From a bacterium HR35 (GTDB lineage Bacteria > Patescibacteriota > Minisyncoccia > UBA6257 > HR35): a DNA stretch of 64,000 bases. Positions 32,452 through 42,018 of this stretch are shown here, in pieces. A program made the translations under genes and the position numbers. The stretch lies in assembly GCA_002898235.1 (NCBI GenBank), contig BEIL01000004.1, positions 499 through 64,498 on the forward strand. Reading direction: 5' to 3'. Each line of letters opens with the position of its first letter. Position 1 is the first letter of the stretch. A model generated the notes under the pieces. That model saw only the letters and a program-made list of their open reading frames with translations, did not search any database and was not told where the DNA came from.

Positions 32452-34404
32452 ATGTCAGAAGAATTTAAACCAGGAGGGTTTTTAAAGAAAAGATATTGGG
32501 GATTTGAAGATTTTAGAAATGCGGTAGCAAGAGCAAGTAAAAGAAAAATAGGTAAAATTCTTCCTAAGCCTGAGGAGCAAATTCCTCATTATATTCAAAG
32601 GATTATAGATATTTTAAAAAAAGAAAGGGGCAAGGAATTATTTAAAAAACAAATACTTTATAAAAGATTTATTATTAAACCCGAAAGGATACCAGAAGAC
32701 TATTTTAAAAATGTTTTATTAGGCAATTTTGCTGAAAGATTAGGATATACAAGAGAACAATTAAAAGATCCCCAAATTAGACAAGCTGTAATTAAGCTAT
32801 TTGAAGAGCGAACAGGTCAATCTTTTGAAACTTATCAAATTCCAAAAGAAGAAAAAGAACAATTAATCCAACAAATAATTGAAGATCAAAAAAGAAGTTT
32901 AGATAGATGGTTTGATTATTTAACTTCTCCTGAGGCTGAAAATTATCCTCCTGAATTTAGATATTGGGTTTTTGCTGAAGTTTTAGGATGCGGAAATTAT
33001 GATGAAGAAAGAAAAGAATACAATGAGAGAACAAAAACAACAGTTGCTCCTTTTCCTGAACTTAATTCTCAAGCTTTAGCTTTATTAATTAATGAACTTA
33101 TTAGAAAAGAACAAAAAAAACCGTCGGGGTTAATTAATTTAACTGAAGAACAACGAAAAGAATGGCAAAATCTCATTCATTTTTCAAATGGTATTGTTCC
33201 TAGAGTAGCGATAGTTTTTAATAGAGATTTAAATCAAATAACTGAAATAAGAGGAATTGCAAAGGGTCAAAACCTGGATCCATATATTGCTCCTATTGTT
33301 GAAGAAGCTTTAACTGAAGGATTAGAAATAGAAGGAGAAAAAAGAAAACTTGCTGGTTCAGAAAGATATCTCAGGGCAGCTCAAGATATGAGGAGATTAG
33401 CTGAAATTTATATAAAACATTTACAAAAGCAGGAATTAACATCTGAAGAACTAAGATTTTTGTATGAAATAGATAGAGAAATAATAGGATTTGGTTATGA
33501 AAGAGATCCGAGGATAGAAGAAATTTTAAGAGGGCGAGATCTTGAAAAAGATTTAGCTAAAATTTTTGATTGTAGGGAAGATCAAATTGCTTTAGAAGCT
33601 GATAAAGTTACAGATGAAACAGTTGTTTTATGGGGAGATTTTACTTCTAAAATAGCACAAACGTGGACGAAGTTTCCTAATAATTTAAAATTTATCAGAG
33701 GAGATGCTGATTTTAGAAATTCACAAGTAGAAGATTTAGGGAATTTAAGAAGAATAGGTGGAAATGCTTATTTGGGAAATTCAAGAATTAAAACATTAAA
33801 AAATCTAGAAGAAATTGGGGGGTATGTTTATTTTGCAAATTCACAAGTAGAAGATTTAGGGAATTTAAGAAGAATAGGAAGATCTGTCACTTTTGTGAAT
33901 TCAAGAATCACAACACTAAACAATCTAGAAGAAATTGGAGAAGATGTTGATTTTAGAAATTCACAAGTAAAAGATTTGGGGAATTTAAGAAGAATAAGAG
34001 GGTCTGTTATTTTTGCGAATTCAAAAATCACGACATTGAAAAATTTAGAAGAAATTGGGGGATATGCTAATTTTAGAAATTCACAAGTAGAAGATTTGGG
34101 GAATTTAAGAAGAATAATGGGGGATGCTATTTTTACGAATTCAATAATTAAAACATTAAACAATTTAGAAGAAATTGGGGGATATGCTGGTTTTGAAAAT
34201 TCACAAGTAGAAGATTTAGGGAATTTAAGAAGAATAGGGTGGAACGCTTATTTTGGAAATGCACCAATAAAGAATTTAGGTAGGTTAGAAGAAATAGGTG
34301 GAAGCTGTTATGTAAGTAAAGAAAACCAAGAATTGATAAAATTATTAGAAGAAAGGGGCTTTGGCAATAAAATAATAATATACACAATAAAATATACACA
34401 ATAA
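32452..34404 (+). CDS. Large protein with an N-terminal domain of unknown function and at least 8 C-terminal BspA-type leucine-rich repeats
   Basis: 650 aa. The C-terminal 23-aa repeats follow the pattern F.NSQVEDLGNLRRIGG.A.F / .NS.I.TL.NLEEIGG.V.F. Confidence 0.6.
   Translation: MSEEFKPGGFLKKRYWGFEDFRNAVARASKRKIGKILPKPEEQIPHYIQRIIDILKKERGKELFKKQILYKRFIIKPERIPEDYFKNVLLGNFAERLGYTREQLKDPQIRQAVIKLFEERTGQSFETYQIPKEEKEQLIQQIIEDQKRSLDRWFDYLTSPEAENYPPEFRYWVFAEVLGCGNYDEERKEYNERTKTTVAPFPELNSQALALLINELIRKEQKKPSGLINLTEEQRKEWQNLIHFSNGIVPRVAIVFNRDLNQITEIRGIAKGQNLDPYIAPIVEEALTEGLEIEGEKRKLAGSERYLRAAQDMRRLAEIYIKHLQKQELTSEELRFLYEIDREIIGFGYERDPRIEEILRGRDLEKDLAKIFDCREDQIALEADKVTDETVVLWGDFTSKIAQTWTKFPNNLKFIRGDADFRNSQVEDLGNLRRIGGNAYLGNSRIKTLKNLEEIGGYVYFANSQVEDLGNLRRIGRSVTFVNSRITTLNNLEEIGEDVDFRNSQVKDLGNLRRIRGSVIFANSKITTLKNLEEIGGYANFRNSQVEDLGNLRRIMGDAIFTNSIIKTLNNLEEIGGYAGFENSQVEDLGNLRRIGWNAYFGNAPIKNLGRLEEIGGSCYVSKENQELIKLLEERGFGNKIIIYTIKYTQ
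33690..34270 (+). repeat. Intragenic near-identical tandem DNA repeats (138-bp period made of two 69-bp sub-units) encoding the LRR units
   Basis: aattcacaagtagaagatttagggaatttaagaagaata... recurs about 5 times with only a few substitutions. Confidence 0.8.
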
Positions 34405-34408
34405 TACG

Positions 34409-35026
34409 TTAATAAAGCTTAAATTTAGCAAAATAAAAACTTTCTGAAGGAGAAGCGCCGATAATATCTTTCTGATAAAAAGTATAGTAAAAAACTCCAT
34501 AATTTAATTTTTCATTTTTGGGCACAAAACCAGCAATATAAAAATCTCTTTCACCTTGACCAGTAATTATTCCCTCTTCTGGTTCTCTTTTTCTAAAATC
34601 TAAACTATAACAATAAGAAAAGTTTTTATCGCAAGCAAGGCCTAAAATATTTGAATTAACTATATGATTGTGATATTCTCCTGATAGTCTTTTTACTTTT
34701 AAATGAAAATATAAAATTTTTGAATTCTCATCTGCTTTAAGTTTGCCTGCTCCTGGAAAATTCAGTTCATCATATTTTTTATATTCCAATAAATTAATTT
34801 TCGCATCTTTTTCTCCGAGCTGACCAAAAAGCACTTCTTTATTTAACTCTAAATCAATAGCAAAAGAAGAAGATAAATCACTTTTTACTCTTTCAAGATA
34901 TTTTTGGTCAGTTATTTTATATGGCTCGAAAGTTTTAGGCTTATTTTGTTGATTTTTAACACTAATAAAACCAGCAATAACTAAAATCAATATTCCTAAA
35001 AATAAAAATTTAAATATCTTTTTCAT
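34409..35026 (-). CDS. Secreted hypothetical protein
   Basis: 205 aa with a signal peptide/TM anchor; no motif recognised. Confidence 0.4.
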   Translation of the reverse strand: MKKIFKFLFLGILILVIAGFISVKNQQNKPKTFEPYKITDQKYLERVKSDLSSSFAIDLELNKEVLFGQLGEKDAKINLLEYKKYDELNFPGAGKLKADENSKILYFHLKVKRLSGEYHNHIVNSNILGLACDKNFSYCYSLDFRKREPEEGIITGQGERDFYIAGFVPKNEKLNYGVFYYTFYQKDIIGASPSESFYFAKFKLY

Positions 35027-35030
35027 ATTG

Positions 35031-35336
35031 TTATTTTACCACTTCTTTCAACCACTTTAGATATTTTTCATTGACATCATTAATTTTAATTTTTAAAATA
35101 CAAGGTACTGAATAAGGATGAATTTTTTCAACTAATTTTTTTACTTTTTCATAATTTTTATCTAAAGTTTTAGCAATTAAAACATATTCTTTGTCTTTGA
35201 CAATTTTTCCTTGCCAAGAGTAAAGACTATCAATTGAAAAAATATTAGCACAACCAATAAGTTTTTGCTTTAAGAGTTCAGTAGTTATTTTAAGTGCTGT
35301 TTTTTTATTAGGATTAGTTATATAAATAAAAATCAT
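35031..35336 (-). CDS. cutA: CutA1 divalent-cation tolerance protein
   Basis: 101 aa. IYITNPNKKTALKITTELLKQKLIGCANI...YSWQGKI...HPYSVPCIL matches the CutA pattern. Confidence 0.65.
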   Translation of the reverse strand: MIFIYITNPNKKTALKITTELLKQKLIGCANIFSIDSLYSWQGKIVKDKEYVLIAKTLDKNYEKVKKLVEKIHPYSVPCILKIKINDVNEKYLKWLKEVVK

Positions 35337-35339
35337 ATT

Positions 35340-37508
35340 TTAAAACTTTTGAAGTGAAATTGGCCTTTTGCTGCCAATCATTTTTAAGTTTATATATTCA
35401 GTGGTTATTGGTATAAAGGGATTAAGGATTTTAAGAAGATTATTTAAAAGATAAGCCAATATTGTTTGGGTGTTCTTTTTTAATTTTTTATCTTTAAGTT
35501 GTTCTTTTGATTTTTCAAGATAAATATCAGCTAATCTTCGCCAAGTATAGAAATAAACTTCATTTAAAGCTTTGTAAATTTCAAAGTTATCCATATGTTT
35601 AAAATACTTTTCTAACATTTTTCTTTCTTCACTTAAAATCATTTTATCTGCTTGAGTTTTTGGTTTTGGTTTTTTAGGATTCTTTAAAATTTTTTTCGGA
35701 CAATTTAAAGCAATAAAACGAGCAATATTCCAAACTTTATTAACAAAATTTCTAGCTCCAGTTACTTTCTCCCAACTATATCTTAAATCTTCTCCCGGCG
35801 GATTATTAATAAGCAAACTTATTCTTAAAGAATCAACTCCATAATCTTTTATGACTTCATCAGGATTAATCACATTACCTTTTGATTTTGACATTTTTTC
35901 TCCCTTCTCATCTCTAATAATTCCATGAAGATAAACAATTTTAAATGGTACTTTACCTGTTAGATATAAACCAAACATAATCATTCGTGCTACCCAAAAG
36001 TAGAGAATATCATGGCCAGTTTCCATAACCGATGTCGGATAAAAGGCTTCAAAATATGTTGAGCTAAACAAGAGTTTTTCTTTTTTCTTTTTAATTTTTT
36101 TCCCACTCAAAAGAAGAGTAACTACTGGCCAAAGCGAAGAGGAAAACCAAGTATCAAAAACATGATTTTCTCTTTGCAAATTTTTAGAATAACAAAAACG
36201 ACAAGTTTTTAATTTATTTTTACTTACATTTAGATGACCATTTTCGCAAGTATAAACAGGCAAAGGAATTCCCCAAATAATTTGTCTAGTAATATTCCAG
36301 TCTTGAATTTCTTTTAGCCAATTGATTATTCTTTTTTTCCCATATTCAGGAATAAACTTAATTTCTCCTTTTTGAATTGCTCTAATAGCCAATTCAGCTA
36401 AAGGTTTCATTTTTAAAAACCACTGCTCGGTTGGGATAATTTCAATTTTATTTTCACATTTGTAGCAAATAGGCACTTTATGAAGATATTCTTCTTCTTT
36501 CACTAAATAACCCTCGGTTTTTAATTTTTCTAAAATAACTTCTTTTGCTTCTTCTACTTTTAGACCTTTTAAAAAGTAAGCATTTTCATTTAAGCGACCA
36601 TCAACAGAAATAATTGATGGATAATCTTGAATTTTGTGTTTTTGAGCAATCAACCAATCAGTAAAATCATGAGCTGGAGTAATTTTCAGAACCCCTGTTC
36701 CAAAATTTAGATCAACTAAATTATCAGCGATTATTGGGATTTCTTTATTGATTAGAGGAATTAAAGCTTTTTTGCCAAGATAAGATTTGTATCTTTTATC
36801 TTTAGGATTAATAGCTAAAGCTACATCAGCAAAAATAGTTTCTGGACGAGTAGTAGCTATAGTTAAAAATTCTTGACTATCTTTAAGATAATACTTAAGA
36901 AAATAAAGCTTTCCTCTCTCTTCTCTATATTCAACTTCTAAATCGGAAAAACCCGTTTGATGATGAACGCAAAAATTTATGGGCCTTAAACTCTTATAAA
37001 TTAATCCTTCGTTATAAAGCTTTTCGAAAACATAATAAACAAAATCAATTACTCCTTTATCAAAGGTGTATCTTTCTTTACTCCAATCAGCCGAAACCCA
37101 CATTGATTGCATTTGTTCTCTAATTTTTTTCTTGTTTTCTTCTACAAATTTATTGATTAATTGATAAAATTCTTCAGCGGAATAGTCAAATCTACTTTTT
37201 CCTTCTTTTGCTAATCTTCTTTCAATAACTACTTGAGTTTCAAAACCAGCATGGTCAAAACCAGGAAGCCAAAATGAAGTGTAGCCTTTAAGCCTGAAAT
37301 ATCTTATCATTGCATCTTGAAGAGAAAGAAAAAGAGCATGGCCTAAATGAAGTTCACCATTAGCATTAGGTGGAGGCATAATGATACAAAATTTATTTTT
37401 GTTTTTGAGATCCTTTTCTTTTATGTAAAAAATTTTTTCACCATACTTTTTTAAAATTTCCTTTTCTGCTTCTTTAAAATCAATTCGTGATGGTATCTCC
37501 TTCATCAT
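35340..37508 (-). CDS. valS: Valyl-tRNA synthetase (compact form)
   Basis: 722 aa. It has PPPNANGELHLGHAL (HIGH), KMSKSKGN (KMSKS), and the class I editing/anticodon-binding architecture. Confidence 0.8.
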   Translation of the reverse strand: MMKEIPSRIDFKEAEKEILKKYGEKIFYIKEKDLKNKNKFCIIMPPPNANGELHLGHALFLSLQDAMIRYFRLKGYTSFWLPGFDHAGFETQVVIERRLAKEGKSRFDYSAEEFYQLINKFVEENKKKIREQMQSMWVSADWSKERYTFDKGVIDFVYYVFEKLYNEGLIYKSLRPINFCVHHQTGFSDLEVEYREERGKLYFLKYYLKDSQEFLTIATTRPETIFADVALAINPKDKRYKSYLGKKALIPLINKEIPIIADNLVDLNFGTGVLKITPAHDFTDWLIAQKHKIQDYPSIISVDGRLNENAYFLKGLKVEEAKEVILEKLKTEGYLVKEEEYLHKVPICYKCENKIEIIPTEQWFLKMKPLAELAIRAIQKGEIKFIPEYGKKRIINWLKEIQDWNITRQIIWGIPLPVYTCENGHLNVSKNKLKTCRFCYSKNLQRENHVFDTWFSSSLWPVVTLLLSGKKIKKKKEKLLFSSTYFEAFYPTSVMETGHDILYFWVARMIMFGLYLTGKVPFKIVYLHGIIRDEKGEKMSKSKGNVINPDEVIKDYGVDSLRISLLINNPPGEDLRYSWEKVTGARNFVNKVWNIARFIALNCPKKILKNPKKPKPKTQADKMILSEERKMLEKYFKHMDNFEIYKALNEVYFYTWRRLADIYLEKSKEQLKDKKLKKNTQTILAYLLNNLLKILNPFIPITTEYINLKMIGSKRPISLQKF

Positions 37509-37518
37509 CTTTTATCTT

Positions 37519-37908
37519 TTATTTTATAGCAAAAATCAAAAGAAAAATCAAAATCGCTGATAAATCGGCAATTAGACAAAACGGACAAAGAGTTTTAATT
37601 ATAAAAAATTGAAGAAATAAAAGATAAGAGGAAAACAAAAAACCAATAGTGGAAACAAATTTCAATAAGTTAATCTTATTTAAAAAATTTAAAATTAAAA
37701 TAGAAGAAAAATAAATTACTCCCCAGAGTGATACAGGAATTTTTAAAAAATAACTATAGCTACTAGAAAGAACTTTATCACAGCCATTTAAACCGCATTG
37801 CAGTCCTTTCCCCTGGAAATTTAATAAAGTAAGATATAAAGAAACTAATAAAGATAAAATTGCTAAAAAATTTATTAAATATTTTTTATTTTTTCTAATA
37901 AAGTCCAT
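37519..37908 (-). CDS. VKOR-family membrane thiol oxidoreductase (paralog 2)
   Basis: 129 aa. It has the loop Cys pair CGLNGCDKV and the CPFC active site. The product aligns end-to-end with the 28881..29267 product. Confidence 0.55.
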   Translation of the reverse strand: MDFIRKNKKYLINFLAILSLLVSLYLTLLNFQGKGLQCGLNGCDKVLSSSYSYFLKIPVSLWGVIYFSSILILNFLNKINLLKFVSTIGFLFSSYLLFLQFFIIKTLCPFCLIADLSAILIFLLIFAIK

Positions 37909-37910
37909 AG

Positions 37911-38507
37911 TTAAATTCTTTGATAAATTCTATAGGTGGCTATTCCCCAATTCATTCTTACTTCTCCTTCATCAATTATTTTTAAATCTTGAGAATTTTC
38001 TAAACGCTTAGTGATAACAATTATTCTAGCTCCTTTATTTAATTTAAGAAATTTTTTTTCAAGAATTTTTACTTCTTCATCAGGCAAACAAGTAATATGA
38101 GCAAAAATAATTGTTCCATCGCTAAAATCAGCTTTAAGATAATCTTCTTTTCTAAATTCAATTTCATTCAAATCAGAAAAGTAATTTTTTGCTTTTGAGG
38201 CAACTTCTTGAGAAGCTTTTAATAATGAAGGTAAAAGCTCAAAACCAATAGCTTTTTTTATTTTATAAACTAAACTAATTGCTAAACATGGTTTTCCTAA
38301 ACCAGAACCTAAATCATAAAAAATATCTTCTTGATTGGGGTTTACTTTGCTTAACAAATTTATAAATCCATCGAAAGAAATTTCTCCATAAACAAAATCG
38401 GAACTAGTTATACCTAAATTTGCTTTATCAGTTGAAGAAAGTTGATAGCCATCATAATCTTTATAAATTTCTTCGAAAACTTTTTTGGCTAAATTAATGT
38501 CTCTCAT
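37911..38507 (-). CDS. SAM-dependent methyltransferase (DOT1-like fold)
   Basis: 198 aa with a DLGSGLGKPCLAISL glycine-rich SAM motif. Confidence 0.5.
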   Translation of the reverse strand: MRDINLAKKVFEEIYKDYDGYQLSSTDKANLGITSSDFVYGEISFDGFINLLSKVNPNQEDIFYDLGSGLGKPCLAISLVYKIKKAIGFELLPSLLKASQEVASKAKNYFSDLNEIEFRKEDYLKADFSDGTIIFAHITCLPDEEVKILEKKFLKLNKGARIIVITKRLENSQDLKIIDEGEVRMNWGIATYRIYQRI

Positions 38508-39348
38508 TTGTTTCTTTATAAAATAATTCTCTTAATTTTAAAGTAATTATACCAGGTTTTCCATTATTTATTTTGAAATTGTCTATTTGAACTACTGGCA
38601 AAATTTCTTTGTTGGTAGCCGTTAAAAAACACTCTTGAAAATCTTTAATTTCAGAGATTAGTAATTTTCTTTCTTGATAAGGAAATCTATACTTTTTTAA
38701 GAGATGAAGTATAAATTTTCGAGTAATTCCTTCTAAAATTTTATTTGATGGCGGGGTTATAACTCTTCCTTTGATGACTGCAAAAAAATTAGAAGTTGCT
38801 CCTTCTAAAATTTCTTGATTATTAACCAAAAGAACCTCAGTTGCTTTTTTTCTTTTGGCTTCTTTTAAAAATTTAATAAGCATTGAGTAATTAAGAGATT
38901 TAGCTTGCGGAAAATCGCGATGAAAATTTTTAGTAATAATTTTAACTCCCTTAGAGTAATAACTTTCAGGTAGTTTTTTTAAAGGAGTAATCAAAATATA
39001 AAGATTTGGTTTTTGAGAAAATAAAAAATCATGACTTTCCCCTCCTGTAAGAAATATTCTAATATTAAGTTCTGATTTAAGATGTTTGTTTTTTTTAATT
39101 AAAGTAAAAATTAATTTTTTTAAATAATTAAACTTAAAATTATGTTTAATTCCTAAAATTTTAGCAGATTTAAAAAGTCGCTGGAGATGGTCTTCTAATA
39201 AAAAAGGCTTAAGATTATAAGTTCTTAAAAACTCAAAAACTCCATAACTTCGAGTAAAACCTAAATCAAAAATTGAAATCTTAGCTTGATTATTAATTGC
39301 AAATTTACCTTTAATAAAAGAAATCGGGCTAGTAAAATCTTCTTTCAT
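38494..39348 (-). CDS. Class IV aminotransferase (D-amino-acid/branched-chain aminotransferase or aminodeoxychorismate lyase family); the second copy in this window
   Basis: 284 aa with the motifs FDLGFTRSYGVFE, LEGITR, and E..sNfFav. Confidence 0.65.
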   Translation of the reverse strand: MKEDFTSPISFIKGKFAINNQAKISIFDLGFTRSYGVFEFLRTYNLKPFLLEDHLQRLFKSAKILGIKHNFKFNYLKKLIFTLIKKNKHLKSELNIRIFLTGGESHDFLFSQKPNLYILITPLKKLPESYYSKGVKIITKNFHRDFPQAKSLNYSMLIKFLKEAKRKKATEVLLVNNQEILEGATSNFFAVIKGRVITPPSNKILEGITRKFILHLLKKYRFPYQERKLLISEIKDFQECFLTATNKEILPVVQIDNFKINNGKPGIITLKLRELFYKETNERH

Positions 39349-39354
39349 TAAATT

Positions 39355-39612
39355 CTATTTTTCAGATGAAGAAGCGGAAGTGGTTATAAAAAGAGTCGAA
39401 GTTGGATTTTTAATCTCAAAAATAATTTTTGTTCCTGAAGCAATATCTTTAGTTGAAGTTTCAAAATTTAAAATAGTTGAAGTGGATTCAACCGAAATAG
39501 TTGAGGTAGTAGTTGTGGCTAATTTTTCTAAAGGTACTAATTTGTAACCCAAAAGGTCACTTAAAATCAAAGCAAAAAAATAAACTACTCCTTCAACTAT
39601 TTTATTACTCAT
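39355..39612 (-). CDS. Small Ser/Thr-rich secreted protein
   Basis: 85 aa with an N-terminal hydrophobic segment and T/S-rich low complexity. This call is weak. Confidence 0.25.
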   Translation of the reverse strand: MSNKIVEGVVYFFALILSDLLGYKLVPLEKLATTTTSTISVESTSTILNFETSTKDIASGTKIIFEIKNPTSTLFITTSASSSEK

Positions 39613-39670
39613 TATTTATTTATATTATACCATATGTTTAATTTTAAAAATAAGTTAAAATTACTCTAGA

Positions 39671-40888
39671 ATGGATTATTTTTCAATCACTTTGAGCATT
39701 TTAAAAAGTCTTGCTTTTAAAGATATTATTGATATTTCTCTTCTTTCCTTTTTTTTAAGTATTTTTATTTACATTATCATCAAAACTCAAAATTTTAATT
39801 TATTAGGCGGGGTTTTAGTTTTCTTAAGTGCTTATTTTGCTTCTTGGATTTTTAATTTAAAACTTCTTAAGGGTTTTTTTGATTATTTTTCTGGAATTTT
39901 AATTTTAATTTTAGTCATTGTCTTTGCTAAAGAGATAAGGATTTTTTTAGAAAAATTGGGAATTCTTTTTAATCAATCACGAAAGTTTAAATTAGTTGCT
40001 AAAAATTCTTTTATTGAAGAAATTATTGAAGCTCTTAATTATTTAGCTAAAAATAAAATAGGAGCTTTGATTGTTTTTCAAAATAAAGTGAATTTAGAAA
40101 ATTTTATCTCTCATCAATTAGAAATTAATTCTTTAATTAAAAAAGAACTTTTAGTTTCAATCTTTAACAAGAATTCTCCTCTTCACGATGGAGCTGTTAT
40201 TTTAGAAAATGACAAAATAAAATATGTCTCTGCTCATCTGCCTTTAGCGGAAAATTATAAATTTAAGCAAAAATTAGGAACAAGGCATCGGGCTGGGGTT
40301 GGCATTACAGAAAAAACTGATGCCTTAAGTCTGATCGTTTCAGAAGAAAATGGAAAAATTTCTTTAGCTAAAGAAGGAAAAATTTATTATGATTTAAGTT
40401 TAGAAAAAATTAAAGAGGAACTTTTAAATTTTTATCAATTATTAGAGAATAAGAATGGTTTTAGGGGTATACTTTCTTTTCTTGACTTTAAAAAAATAAG
40501 AAAAATGTTTTTAATCTATATTTTAAGTTTTTTTCTAATTTTAAGCTATTGGGTTTCTCTTAATTTCAATCGGTCTACAATTCAAAAAACAATTGAAGCT
40601 GGTATTGAATTTAAGAATCTCAATGAAGGTTTGATTGTTTCTAAATTAAATCCTAGTAAAGTTAAAATTTCTCTTCGGGGGCGGGATACTGATTTTAATA
40701 ATCTTAAAGAAAATTCAGTTAAAGTGGTTATTGATTTGAGGGATTCAAGTGAAGGCAATTATTTTTTAAGCTTAAACAAAAAAGATGTTGTTGGACTTAA
40801 AGACGAGTTAGAAATTATAAAGTTTGAACCAGAAAGAATAAGTTTTAAAATAGAAAAATTTAAAAATGAAAATAAATTAGAAAAATAA
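39671..40888 (+). CDS. cdaA: Diadenylate cyclase CdaA fused to a YbbR-like regulatory domain
   Basis: 405 aa. After N-terminal TM helices come the DAC-domain motifs LHDGAVIL and GTRHRAGVGITE. Confidence 0.8.
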   Translation: MDYFSITLSILKSLAFKDIIDISLLSFFLSIFIYIIIKTQNFNLLGGVLVFLSAYFASWIFNLKLLKGFFDYFSGILILILVIVFAKEIRIFLEKLGILFNQSRKFKLVAKNSFIEEIIEALNYLAKNKIGALIVFQNKVNLENFISHQLEINSLIKKELLVSIFNKNSPLHDGAVILENDKIKYVSAHLPLAENYKFKQKLGTRHRAGVGITEKTDALSLIVSEENGKISLAKEGKIYYDLSLEKIKEELLNFYQLLENKNGFRGILSFLDFKKIRKMFLIYILSFFLILSYWVSLNFNRSTIQKTIEAGIEFKNLNEGLIVSKLNPSKVKISLRGRDTDFNNLKENSVKVVIDLRDSSEGNYFLSLNKKDVVGLKDELEIIKFEPERISFKIEKFKNENKLEK

Positions 40889-40890
40889 AA

Positions 40891-42018
40891 ATGGAATTTC
40901 TCTTAAGAGTAAGTGAAATTGTTTTAAAAAGAAAAAATAGAAGATATTTTGAAAAGATTTTTGAAAAGAATCTTAAAAAGAAATTAAAAGAAGAAATTTT
41001 AGAACTTAAAAATTGGGGAGGTGTTTATTTTCTAAAAACTAAAACTGATATTAGTCAACAATTAAAAGAAATTTTTGGCCTTCATAATTTTTCACCTGTT
41101 TTTCGAGTAAAAGATTTAAATGAAGTTTTAGAATTTTTAAAAAATAAAGACTTAGGGAAATTTTTTAATCTTGAAGTTATTCGAGGAGATAAAGATTTTC
41201 CGCTAAACTCAATTCAACTTAAAGAAAAAATAAGAAAATTTTTAGAAGAAGAAAAAGGAATGAGTTATTCTTCCCAAAATTTTGAAAATAAAATTTTTGT
41301 CTATTACAAAAATAAAAATTTTTTTATTTTTTTCGAAAAAGAAAAAGGATTGGGTGGTTTGCCTGTAGGGTCAAGTGGTAGAGGAGTTGCTTTGCTTTCG
41401 ACGGGCTTTGATTCGCCAGTAGCTTCTTTTTTAGCAATGAAAAGAGGATTGAAAATTTATTTTCTTCATTTTCATAGTTATCCTCAAACAAGTTTTGAAT
41501 CATTAGAAAAAGTAAAAAAATTGGTCGGCGTTTTGAATCGCTTTAATTTAGGAAGTCAACTTTATTTAATTAATATTTTGGAAATTCAAAAATTTTATTA
41601 TTTAAACATCCCCCATGAGTATTTAGTTATCTTTTATCGAAGAACAATGATGAGGTTAGCTGAAAAACTTAAAAGCGAACTTGGAGTTGATGCTCTAATT
41701 ACTGGAGAAAGCTTAGGACAAGTAGCTTCTCAAACGATAAAGAATTTAGAAACTATCAGCCAAGCAGTTTCATCTTTAATTTTAAGACCATTGATTTCTT
41801 ATGACAAAGAAGAAATAATTAATCTAGCTAAAAAAATTGGAACCGAAGAAATTTCTCGGCTACCGGGAGAAGATTGCTGTTCTTTATTTATCCCTCCAAA
41901 AGTAAAAACAAGGGCTAATTTAATGGAAGTTATAAAAATTGAAGAGAAAATTAAAGAAAAAATTAAAGAATTAGAAGAAATAGCTTTTAAAAATAAAGAG
42001 AAAATTGTTTATAATTAA
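40891..42018 (+). CDS. thiI: tRNA 4-thiouridine synthase ThiI
   Basis: 375 aa with a THUMP-like N-terminus and the PP-loop LSTGFDSPVA. Confidence 0.75.
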   Translation: MEFLLRVSEIVLKRKNRRYFEKIFEKNLKKKLKEEILELKNWGGVYFLKTKTDISQQLKEIFGLHNFSPVFRVKDLNEVLEFLKNKDLGKFFNLEVIRGDKDFPLNSIQLKEKIRKFLEEEKGMSYSSQNFENKIFVYYKNKNFFIFFEKEKGLGGLPVGSSGRGVALLSTGFDSPVASFLAMKRGLKIYFLHFHSYPQTSFESLEKVKKLVGVLNRFNLGSQLYLINILEIQKFYYLNIPHEYLVIFYRRTMMRLAEKLKSELGVDALITGESLGQVASQTIKNLETISQAVSSLILRPLISYDKEEIINLAKKIGTEEISRLPGEDCCSLFIPPKVKTRANLMEVIKIEEKIKEKIKELEEIAFKNKEKIVYN

